From: Dissulfurispiraceae bacterium
GTDB taxonomy: Bacteria; Nitrospirota; Thermodesulfovibrionia; Thermodesulfovibrionales; Dissulfurispiraceae
Length of the DNA stretch: 64,000 nt
Direction of reading: 5' to 3'
Assembly (NCBI GenBank): GCA_035477855.1
Contig: DATIKF010000179.1
Location: 22,390-86,389 of the forward strand
The position numbers were made by a program, and so were the translations under genes. The notes under the pieces were generated by a model. The model did not search any database and was not told where the DNA came from. It was given only the letters and a program-made list of their open reading frames with translations. Numbering within the stretch: the first letter of the stretch is position 1; each line of letters begins with the position of its first letter. Shown piece by piece: positions 35,882 through 43,701 of this stretch.

Positions 35882-37026
35882 TACATTATCACCAGATCTG
35901 CCTTAAGGCTTCCGGCCGCTTTAATGGCTTGCAGTATTGCGACGAGATCTTTCGGCGTTACCCCAAGCGTATTGAGCGCCTTTACAAGCTCGCCGATAGT
36001 GGATCCTTTAACCTCTGAAAGATAAGCCTTTTTTTCCTCGGCTTTCACCTCTGTTTGCGGCACAACCACCGTCGCCGCTCCCGCCGGAGCGAACGGGCTC
36101 GGCTGTGATACCTGAAGCTCGGTTTTAATCTCTATGGTCAAACCGCCGTGAGCAAGCGCAACCGGACTGATAAGAACGTTTTCTCCTATGACTACCGTAC
36201 CGGTTCGTTCATTTACAATAACCCTCGCAGGCACATCGACATCTACCGTCAACTGCTCGATTGCAGCCATGAGCGATAGGGCACGGTCGCGATATCCCTG
36301 AGGCACCGATATGCCCACAGCTGAGGAACTCTCAACCCTGGCAGCAGATTCCCCGAATTTTTCATTGATTTTTTCGGCAACACGATTTGCGGTCGTCGTA
36401 TCCTGCGTGGTGAGAATCAGCGTTAATTTCTCCTTGTTATTTAACTGAACCGGCACCTCGCGTTCAACAATGGCACCGTTCGGAATCGTGCCGACATTGG
36501 GGTGATTTTTGATCGTTGTGGTTCCGCTTCCCCCGGCAACAAACCCTCCGATGGAAACCGGTCCCTGTGCAACCGCATAAACTATTTCATCAACACCGGT
36601 CAGCGGGGTCATAATCAGCGTGCCGCCCTGAAGACTCTTGGCATCGCCAATCGAAGAAACCATAACATCAACCCTGGAACCAGGCTTGATGTTCGTCTGG
36701 AGTTTGGCAGTAACCATAACTGCGGCAATATTTTTAGTTTTCCCTTTAATATCAGCAAGGTTTACCGCGACACCCATCCGGCGAAGCATATTCACAAACG
36801 GCTGATAGATGTATGTTCCATCCTTGTCGCCGGTTCCGTTCAGCCCGACGATAACGCCATAGCCCACAAGCTCATTTTCGCGCAGACCGGAAAAGGTGGC
36901 AATGTCCTTAATTCGCTCCGCCGATGCGTAGTACGGTAAAATGCATATCATGACAGCTGCAGCAAGCAGCAACCGGAAAATAATGCCGCACCGATAGGAA
37001 TTTTTTTCATAGCGACGACGTGTCAT
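35881..37026 (-). CDS. flgI: Flagellar P-ring protein
   Basis: ERIKDIATFSGLRENELVGYGVIVGLNGTGD...GGTLIMTPL...ALNTLGVTPKDLVAILQAIKAAGSLKADLVIM. Start moved to ATG 37026, which follows GGGAGGA. Confidence 0.93.
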   Translation of the reverse strand: MTRRRYEKNSYRCGIIFRLLLAAAVMICILPYYASAERIKDIATFSGLRENELVGYGVIVGLNGTGDKDGTYIYQPFVNMLRRMGVAVNLADIKGKTKNIAAVMVTAKLQTNIKPGSRVDVMVSSIGDAKSLQGGTLIMTPLTGVDEIVYAVAQGPVSIGGFVAGGSGTTTIKNHPNVGTIPNGAIVEREVPVQLNNKEKLTLILTTQDTTTANRVAEKINEKFGESAARVESSSAVGISVPQGYRDRALSLMAAIEQLTVDVDVPARVIVNERTGTVVIGENVLISPVALAHGGLTIEIKTELQVSQPSPFAPAGAATVVVPQTEVKAEEKKAYLSEVKGSTIGELVKALNTLGVTPKDLVAILQAIKAAGSLKADLVIM

Positions 37027-37049
37027 GCAGTCCTCCCAGTCTTTATCCG

Positions 37050-37778
37050 TCAAAACGGCCATATATTATCCAGAATGCGTACCAGCCATCCCTGAGACTG
37101 CTTGTCGCCGATGACGCCGTCACCGACCATATAAATCTGGGCATCGCCGACATGCTGCGACAGCACCGTATTAGCCGGCGTGATGTCGTCAGGCCGGACG
37201 ATGCCGCGCAGCACGAGTATTTCTTTTTCGTTATTGACGATGAGCTCTTTTCGCGACTCCAGCACCATGTTCCCGTTCGGCAGTACTTCAACTACCTTTG
37301 CTGTTATACGTGCAGTAAGGGTTCCCTGCCTCGCAGTATCACCGGACCCCTTGTAGCTTGATGTGTTGGCTCCTTTGACATGAGGAGAAAACACTGTTCC
37401 GGGAGCATATTGTTTTGCGAGAACAGGAAGCTTATGAATCCCGAAGTCTGTCTGCATACCGAAGAGATCACTCACGGAATACTCTGCCGATGAGTTCCCG
37501 CTCGTATTTGTAGTGGCTTTTTTCGTAGCTGATGTTGTTTCCGTTATCAGAATTGTGATAAGGTCATTCACCTGACGTGCCCGGCGGTCGCTGAACAGAG
37601 ATTTGTTATCACGCCAAAGAGAGCCTTCCGTTGTCGCAGGAGGAGCTTCCTTGACATCAACATAACGGGGCGGCATGGGAGCCTCCCTGATTTCCCGAGC
37701 ATCTTTCAGCCCGTTGCATCCCTGAAGCATGCATACAAGAACTGATATGCAACAAATTGAATTAATTGTTATTTTCAT
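37050..37778 (-). CDS. flgH: Flagellar L-ring lipoprotein
   Basis: 242 aa. Lipobox LVCMLQGC. ...GSLWRDN...LFSDRRARQVNDLITILI...NGNMVLESRKELIVNNEKEILVLRGIVRPDDI. Confidence 0.92.
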   Translation of the reverse strand: MKITINSICCISVLVCMLQGCNGLKDAREIREAPMPPRYVDVKEAPPATTEGSLWRDNKSLFSDRRARQVNDLITILITETTSATKKATTNTSGNSSAEYSVSDLFGMQTDFGIHKLPVLAKQYAPGTVFSPHVKGANTSSYKGSGDTARQGTLTARITAKVVEVLPNGNMVLESRKELIVNNEKEILVLRGIVRPDDITPANTVLSQHVGDAQIYMVGDGVIGDKQSQGWLVRILDNIWPF

Positions 37779-38488
37779 ACTTTAACCCTCACTTTATCAA
37801 CCGACACGAGCACGCCCAGTATCTCTTTTTTCGAGGCTTCGCAATAGACGCGAACTGTGCTGCCGACTGTTCCTTCAGTTCTCAGTATTCCTCTGGTCGC
37901 AATAAGCACCGAGCCGCTCTCGATCTCGACTTTGACTTTTTGTCCACGCTTCACCACCCCGGCTATGAAGAAATGATCCCGCTTCAGCACAAGCCCTTCG
38001 GACAGATTGATTCTGAGCGTCTTGCCGAGAACGCCTCTTTTGTTCATCACCGCCCCAACCGGAAGACGGGAAGCCCTGTGACGAACAGAATAAAAATCGC
38101 TTTCAGAAAGAGCCGCTCCTTTCGGAAGGGCACGCGCAGTGATAAAGACATCGACAAGAGACTCATACACAACCTCAACAAGCACTGAGCGGGAGCGCTT
38201 GTTTGTTTCAAGCAGCTCTATGCGATAGTTCAGACGGTTTGCTCCATTGTATCCGTCAAGAGCAACGGACCCTATCCGGTAATTTCCATCAGCAGAAAGC
38301 AGTTCCCCACCCTGAAGAACCCGGATATCCAGCACCTCAACGTCACCGGAAACCTCAGTGTGTACTTCCTGTGAAAGCCGCGAGCGCAGGATATCCGCGA
38401 GCGGAGCAGCCATAGCCGTGCCGGCGGCAAATACGCCCCAAAGGAGCATTGCCGCCAGGAATACGAAAATTCCAGTTATTGTTTTCAT
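37775..38488 (-). CDS. flgA: Flagellar P-ring assembly chaperone FlgA
   Basis: 237 aa. Signal peptide. C-terminal SAF-like VVKRGQKVKVEIESGSVLIATRGILRTEGTVGSTVRVYCEASKKEILGVLVS. Confidence 0.85.
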   Translation of the reverse strand: MKTITGIFVFLAAMLLWGVFAAGTAMAAPLADILRSRLSQEVHTEVSGDVEVLDIRVLQGGELLSADGNYRIGSVALDGYNGANRLNYRIELLETNKRSRSVLVEVVYESLVDVFITARALPKGAALSESDFYSVRHRASRLPVGAVMNKRGVLGKTLRINLSEGLVLKRDHFFIAGVVKRGQKVKVEIESGSVLIATRGILRTEGTVGSTVRVYCEASKKEILGVLVSVDKVRVKV

Positions 38489-38493
38489 ATCTG

Positions 38494-39282
38494 CTACCTC
38501 TTCAGCTGGATAATCGTCTGCAGCATCTCATCGGATGTCTGCACCGACTTGGAATTCACATCAAATGCCCGCTGCGCGATAATCAGGTTTGCCAGTTCCT
38601 CGACAAGATTGACATTGGAATTTTCAAGAAAGCCCTGCACCAGCGTCCCTCTGCCTTCGGAACCAGGTGCTCCCGTAATCGGGTCGCCCGAAGCATCGGT
38701 TTGCAGAAAGAGATTCTTGCCGACAGCAAGAAGGCCCGCCGGGTTGATAAAACGGGATATTTCTATCGTTCCGACTTCAACCGGCGTCGTACTTCCGCCC
38801 TGAAGAATAGTTAATCTTCCATCGGTGCTGAGGGTGATACTGATGGTATCGCTCGGAATGGTTATCGCCGGTTCGAGCGGATACCCATCGGAATTGACGA
38901 CACGTCCGTCCTTGTCGAGCTTGAAGGCACCCGCACGCGAATATGCGATTGTGCCGTCAGGGCGGCTTATCTGAAAAAAACCCTCACCTTCGACAACCAT
39001 GTCCAGCGGATTGCCCGTGGTTACAAAATCGCCCTGGAGAAAGTTTTTCATAATGGCGACTGAACGCACACCGAGGCCAACCTGCATGCCTGAAGGAAAC
39101 TGGTTCCCTTCAGACGATGTACCGCCAGGAGTTCTGAGCGTCTGATACAGCAAATCCTGAAACTCAGCTCTGCTCTTTTTGTAGCCGGTGGTATTTGTGT
39201 TTGCCAGGTTATTCGATATGACATCGACATTCAGAGACTGTGCCTGCATCCCGGTTGCACCGGTAAATAATGAACGAATCAT
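38494..39282 (-). CDS. flgG: Flagellar distal rod protein
   Basis: 262 aa. MIRSLFTGATGMQAQSLNVDVISNNLANTNTTGYKKSRAEFQDLLYQT..., C-terminal NVNLVEELANLIIAQRAFDVNSK. Confidence 0.93.
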   Translation of the reverse strand: MIRSLFTGATGMQAQSLNVDVISNNLANTNTTGYKKSRAEFQDLLYQTLRTPGGTSSEGNQFPSGMQVGLGVRSVAIMKNFLQGDFVTTGNPLDMVVEGEGFFQISRPDGTIAYSRAGAFKLDKDGRVVNSDGYPLEPAITIPSDTISITLSTDGRLTILQGGSTTPVEVGTIEISRFINPAGLLAVGKNLFLQTDASGDPITGAPGSEGRGTLVQGFLENSNVNLVEELANLIIAQRAFDVNSKSVQTSDEMLQTIIQLKR

Positions 39283-39291
39283 GATTCCTCC

Positions 39292-40041
39292 TTACGCACC
39301 AGGCTTGCCAATATCAGCAACGGTTCTCTGGGCGAGATCACTGAAATTCTGAATAACTTTCTGCGACATCTCATACTGCCTGAGCGCTGCGATCATACTC
39401 ACCAGTTCACTCACCGGATTGACATTGGAGCGCTCCAGCACTCCCTGATAGACTTCATAGCCCGCAGAGTCTTCCGCAGTTCCGGTAAAGAGCGATCCTC
39501 CGGCATGCTGGCTATTTGAAAGTTTCGCAACGTTCATTTCGGCAATCAGTGTGTTGGACTTCTGCTGCACGTTTATGATGTACATGTTTCCGTCCGAGGA
39601 GACGCTGATAGAACCTTCAGTATTATCGATAACTATCGGCTGGTTACCCCGGTCTAAAACGCGATAACCATCGGGGGTCGAAAGAAAACCGTCACGGTCA
39701 AGCACGAATGCCCCGTTGCGGGTATAAAACTGCTTGCCGTTCTTTTCAACGACAAAAAAAGAGTCCGCACTCAACGCAAAATCAAGGGAATTGCCGGTCG
39801 TCTGAAAAGCCCCTAGGGTAGAATCAATCGCAAATTTGCCCGTGGATGTCATTGTTCTGGCATTGGGATAAATTGTTGCCGGAGCTTGCTGAACTCCTTC
39901 CAACACTTGATAGGAGGCGGCTGAGAGCATATTTCGCTTAAACCCGGTCGTATTGACATTCGCCAAATTATTGGCAACGTTGTCCATTTCGTTGCTCCGC
40001 TGAACGGCACCGGTAGCAGCAACATACATGCCCTTATACAT
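39292..40041 (-). CDS. flgF: Flagellar proximal rod protein FlgF
   Basis: MYKGMYVAATGAVQRSNEMDNVANNLANVNTTGFKR..., C-terminal NVNPVSELVSMIAALRQYE. Start moved to ATG 40041, which follows GAAGGAG. Confidence 0.8.
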   Translation of the reverse strand: MYKGMYVAATGAVQRSNEMDNVANNLANVNTTGFKRNMLSAASYQVLEGVQQAPATIYPNARTMTSTGKFAIDSTLGAFQTTGNSLDFALSADSFFVVEKNGKQFYTRNGAFVLDRDGFLSTPDGYRVLDRGNQPIVIDNTEGSISVSSDGNMYIINVQQKSNTLIAEMNVAKLSNSQHAGGSLFTGTAEDSAGYEVYQGVLERSNVNPVSELVSMIAALRQYEMSQKVIQNFSDLAQRTVADIGKPGA

Positions 40042-40081
40042 TCTGCGCTCCTTCAAAAAAACCAGATTATAGTTTTTATTA

Positions 40082-40097
40082 GCAATAAAAGTGCCAA
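40082..40097 (-). promoter_or_regulatory. Sigma-54 promoter of the flgF-flgG-flgA-flgH-flgI-flgJ operon
   Basis: Minus strand reads TTGGCAC-TTTTA-TTGCT, a perfect TGGCAC-N5-TTGC. About 40 nt upstream of ATG 40041. Confidence 0.68.
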
Positions 40098-40196
40098 ACC
40101 CTCAGCAAAGGACTTCATGGTGCAACTCATTGATAGAAAATGGTTATTTAATTTAAAAAAGGTGGGGATAAAAATGCAGGCGACCGTGGCGGAAAA

Positions 40197-40397
40197 TTAT
40201 GCCTTGATGTCTATACGTTTTTTTCCGTCAGGCGGAGAGGACTCCTCCTGCAGTGCTTCCGTCTCAGGTTCCTGTTGACCGACTTCTTGTCTGACCGCCT
40301 TCCGCCTGATGCGAAGGCGTGCAAACAAATAACCCGAGCCGGCCCTTGTTATGCCGCTCACGCGATAGGGTTCACGAATGCCGTCGTCGAAAGCCAT
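40197..40397 (-). CDS. Questionable small ORF (66 aa), possibly a non-coding transcript instead
   Basis: MAFDDGIREPYRVSGITRAGSGYLFARLRIRRK... No recognisable family and no Shine-Dalgarno sequence. The ATG lies 9 nt after a sigma-28-like -10 box. Confidence 0.25.
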   Translation of the reverse strand: MAFDDGIREPYRVSGITRAGSGYLFARLRIRRKAVRQEVGQQEPETEALQEESSPPDGKKRIDIKA

Positions 40398-40406
40398 AGC
40401 AGCTTA

Positions 40407-40433
40407 TTATCGGCGAAAAACAGAACTTCTTGA
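40407..40433 (-). promoter_or_regulatory. Sigma-28-like promoter (TCAA-N15-GCCGATAA)
   Basis: Minus strand reads TCAA-gaagttctgtttttc-GCCGATAA. The -10 element matches the consensus perfectly; the -35 matches 3/4. It lies directly after the HDOD gene stop. Confidence 0.45.
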
Positions 40434-41276
40434 CTAATTGAGCAGCTGAGCTTTCTGCTCGTCGTACGTTTTCCTGAAAAGTCCTTCCACTTCGAAAAAC
40501 TGTTTATCAGTAAGCCCGAGCATTTCATACGGAACCCGGCGATCAGATATGGGTTTGCGAAGACCGACCCCGAGATTGACACACAGGGCATCAGCAACGC
40601 TTGTTATCCGGCACAGAGCTTCGAGCGCCTTGTCGTTCAGAACGCTGAAGTCGTCAGCGTGATGGTATTCCACGACACTCTCCAGATTCTTCGGCAGTTT
40701 CCACTTGCGGGCGATCAGGCCTCCGACCTGGCAGTGATTGAAACCGAGCATTTCATTCTCAACATCGGAAAACGACATCCCCGACTCATAGACTTTCTCA
40801 ACGATAACCGAATACGACTCGGGCATCGCGTTGTTGAGGATAGTTTTGCCGACGTCATGAATCAGTCCGCCGATCATCGCCTCTTCAACGGGGAGATGCT
40901 TTGTTTCAAGTGCAAGAATCGATGCTGCAATCGAAACGCCCAGGCTATGCTCCCAAAGGCGCTGCTCAAAAAGGCCGAACTTACGGTGAAGATCTTTGAG
41001 TGATGCCGCCACAACGAGAGACTTCATGGTGTTAAACCCTATAAGCAGAATACCGGTTGAGATGGTATCAATGCTGCGGTCACGCCCATAGTAGGGAGAG
41101 TTTGCTATGCGCAGCAGGCGGGCAGAAAACGCCTGATCACGTCCGATAATCTTCTCCAGCTCCTTGATGGAAGAATAATCGTCATTAATCAGCTGAAGCA
41201 CCTTCATCGCAATAGGAGGGAGACTGGGGATATCAACTGTTTCCAGAATAATCTTTTCAAGGACTTCTTCTTTCAT
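40434..41276 (-). CDS. HDOD-domain signalling protein
   Basis: 280 aa. IPSLPPIAMKVLQLINDDYSSIKELEKIIGRDQAFSARLLRIANSPYYG...HSLGVSIAA...GLIHDVGK. Confidence 0.85.
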   Translation of the reverse strand: MKEEVLEKIILETVDIPSLPPIAMKVLQLINDDYSSIKELEKIIGRDQAFSARLLRIANSPYYGRDRSIDTISTGILLIGFNTMKSLVVAASLKDLHRKFGLFEQRLWEHSLGVSIAASILALETKHLPVEEAMIGGLIHDVGKTILNNAMPESYSVIVEKVYESGMSFSDVENEMLGFNHCQVGGLIARKWKLPKNLESVVEYHHADDFSVLNDKALEALCRITSVADALCVNLGVGLRKPISDRRVPYEMLGLTDKQFFEVEGLFRKTYDEQKAQLLN

Positions 41277-41342
41277 GTATTCCTCCGCAAACCAGCATCT
41301 GCTGTAGATTTTATCGTAATCGGAAAAATAATACCAACGACA

Positions 41343-42407
41343 TCAGGCCGAGTTCACAATTTCACCCGCAATCTCTTCAAGCGGGAGCACCTTGTCCGCA
41401 ATGCCGGCATCCACCACTGCCTTCGGCATTCCATAAACGACGCATGTCTCCTCGTTTTGGGCAAAAATGCGGCCCCCGGTCTTCTTCAGCTCGGCCAGTC
41501 CTTTCGCCCCGTCATTTCCCATGCCGGTCAAAATGACGCCAATGGCCCTGCCGGGAAAAATCTGCGCCACCGACATCATCAGGGCATCTACAGACGGGCG
41601 ATAGATAAAGTTCTCACGATCTTCGGATATCGTCACCGTCGTCTCAATGCCTCTTTTGCGCACGACCCGCATATGGCCGCCGCCAGGCGACAGCAGCGCA
41701 AGTCCTGGCCGGAGAGCATCTCCCTCTTTCGCCTCGCGCACCTCTATCTTGCTCAGCTGGTTCAGCCTCTCAGCAAACGGGCCGGTGAAATTCGGCGGCA
41801 TATGCTGCGCAATAACAATAGGCAGGGGAAAATCCATGGGCAGATTGGGAAGGATCTCCTGCAACGCCTTGGGTCCGCCCGTTGAGGTACCGATTGCAAC
41901 CAGGCTCATCCGGCGATCTCCCGTTGTCCTCATGACCGCTGCCGGCGCGGGAGATGCCGCATGATTCGCCAGTGGCGACCGCGTTGCGGGCCGGAAGCTT
42001 CGGCGAGGGATGCCGCGCCTGGCCAGCTGCTTTATCTTGTCGATTAATACCTCCTTCAATCGAAGAATATTCAGCGACAGATCGGACAGATTTTTCGGAA
42101 TAAAGTCTACAGCCCCGATTTCAAGCGCTTCAAGCGTCGTATGGGCGCCTTCCGTTGCGAGTGAGCTCACCATGATGACCGGGACCGGAGTATTTGCCAT
42201 GATATGCCGCAACGCACTAATGCCGTCCATGCGGGGCATCTCGACATCCATGGTTACAATGTCCGGCTTCAGCTGCACGACCTTGTCTATCGCTTCCAGC
42301 CCATCCCGCGCTACTCCGATTATCTGAATTTCAGGATCAGACTGCAGCATATTCGACAGAGCGCTCCGCATGAACGCAGAGTCATCAACAATAAGAACTT
42401 TAACCAT
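41343..42407 (-). CDS. cheB: Chemotaxis response regulator protein-glutamate methylesterase
   Basis: 354 aa. REC domain plus catalytic Ser/His/Asp motifs (IGTSTGGPKAL, AQHMP, GMGNDGA). Confidence 0.94.
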   Translation of the reverse strand: MVKVLIVDDSAFMRSALSNMLQSDPEIQIIGVARDGLEAIDKVVQLKPDIVTMDVEMPRMDGISALRHIMANTPVPVIMVSSLATEGAHTTLEALEIGAVDFIPKNLSDLSLNILRLKEVLIDKIKQLARRGIPRRSFRPATRSPLANHAASPAPAAVMRTTGDRRMSLVAIGTSTGGPKALQEILPNLPMDFPLPIVIAQHMPPNFTGPFAERLNQLSKIEVREAKEGDALRPGLALLSPGGGHMRVVRKRGIETTVTISEDRENFIYRPSVDALMMSVAQIFPGRAIGVILTGMGNDGAKGLAELKKTGGRIFAQNEETCVVYGMPKAVVDAGIADKVLPLEEIAGEIVNSA

Positions 42408-42461
42408 GAAAATCCCTCATTCATTAATTATGGTGAACCTTACCTTGTATTCACAATTGTT

Positions 42462-43661
42462 CTAAAAGCCGAAATCCTTCAGCAGGTCGTCAACACCTTC
42501 CTGAGAGACTTTATCTGCATTGGAGCCCGGACCATAGTATGTCGCCTCTTTTGCCGGCTCCATCTTGACGCCAAAGGTTGCAATCAGGCGGACAAGTTCG
42601 CCCTCGATATCTCCAACCAGGTTGATAACCTTTTTGATAGACTGCCCGGTAAGATCCTGGAACGACTGCGTTGTCAAGACTTCGGTCAGATCATCCTCCA
42701 GCGAGTTCTTGAACGATTTCAGAAAGGCAATCGACTCCTCAGGTCCTGTCATATTCCGCAAATGTGAAGAAACATCATCCATCGAAAGAATGTACTTCTC
42801 GACGATGCTCATCGTCTTGTTTGCAGCAGCCTCTGTCCGCTCGATGACGAGCTGCAGTTGATCGACCGCATTCGGCATCTCGGTAACAGCCATATCCTTC
42901 AGCTTCGGATCGAGCGCCTCCTTGAAACTCCGTATCGAATCATGCAGTTTACGGGTTACCTTTCCGACTTCCCTGAACAGACCGGCATCGCCGGCGCTCA
43001 TAATCGTCTTCATCGCGTCATCGGCCTTTTCAAAATCCTGATTCGATACCGCCGTCATAAACTCAACGAGCCGCTCAAACATCACCTGATTTGCTCCCAT
43101 AGACGCGCCGGACTTGCTTTCAAAGTATGCCTTTGCGTCCACAATCTCCTTGACCAGCACTTCACCGCCCATGGTCTGGACATGTTTGACAATTTCCACC
43201 TTATCTTTTCCGGCCTCGCCGACATTCAGCACCTGATCTTCAAACATGTCAGCATCTTCAACCGGCACAAGCTTGCTGGTGTCAATAAGCACCACAAGCC
43301 GGTCGTTCACTCTGGCAACACCTTGCACCTGTTCGATACCGCCCTGCAGGAAGGTATCGGCGGGTTCAATCTGATCGTCTTCGATGCTGATGACACCGGT
43401 TATTCCGTCAATCAAAACACCGAATGTCATCCGTCCGCTCGAAACAACGATAACTTTCTGTCCCGGCTCCCTCTCATCAAGACCGACGAGTTTTTTCAGA
43501 TTAACGATAGGAATAATGCGTCCTCGCAGGTTTGTTACCCCATCGATATAATGCGGTGCCTGCGGCAGCCTGGTCAGCTGCGGCCGGTTAATAATCTCCT
43601 GCACCTTCAGAATAGGAATGGTGTACTCGCTGCCATTCATAACAAAACCTATATGCTGCAT
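42462..43661 (-). CDS. CheW-domain / CheZ phosphatase fusion protein
   Basis: 399 aa from ATG 43661, which follows GGAGGAG. N-terminal CheW domain. The C-terminal half is colinear with E. coli CheZ, including SFQDLTGQSIKKV and the terminal VDDLLKDFGF. Confidence 0.85.
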   Translation of the reverse strand: MQHIGFVMNGSEYTIPILKVQEIINRPQLTRLPQAPHYIDGVTNLRGRIIPIVNLKKLVGLDEREPGQKVIVVSSGRMTFGVLIDGITGVISIEDDQIEPADTFLQGGIEQVQGVARVNDRLVVLIDTSKLVPVEDADMFEDQVLNVGEAGKDKVEIVKHVQTMGGEVLVKEIVDAKAYFESKSGASMGANQVMFERLVEFMTAVSNQDFEKADDAMKTIMSAGDAGLFREVGKVTRKLHDSIRSFKEALDPKLKDMAVTEMPNAVDQLQLVIERTEAAANKTMSIVEKYILSMDDVSSHLRNMTGPEESIAFLKSFKNSLEDDLTEVLTTQSFQDLTGQSIKKVINLVGDIEGELVRLIATFGVKMEPAKEATYYGPGSNADKVSQEGVDDLLKDFGF

Positions 43662-43701
43662 GGCTCCTCCGTATCGTTCGTGGTCACAGAAACAACGCGC
43701 C

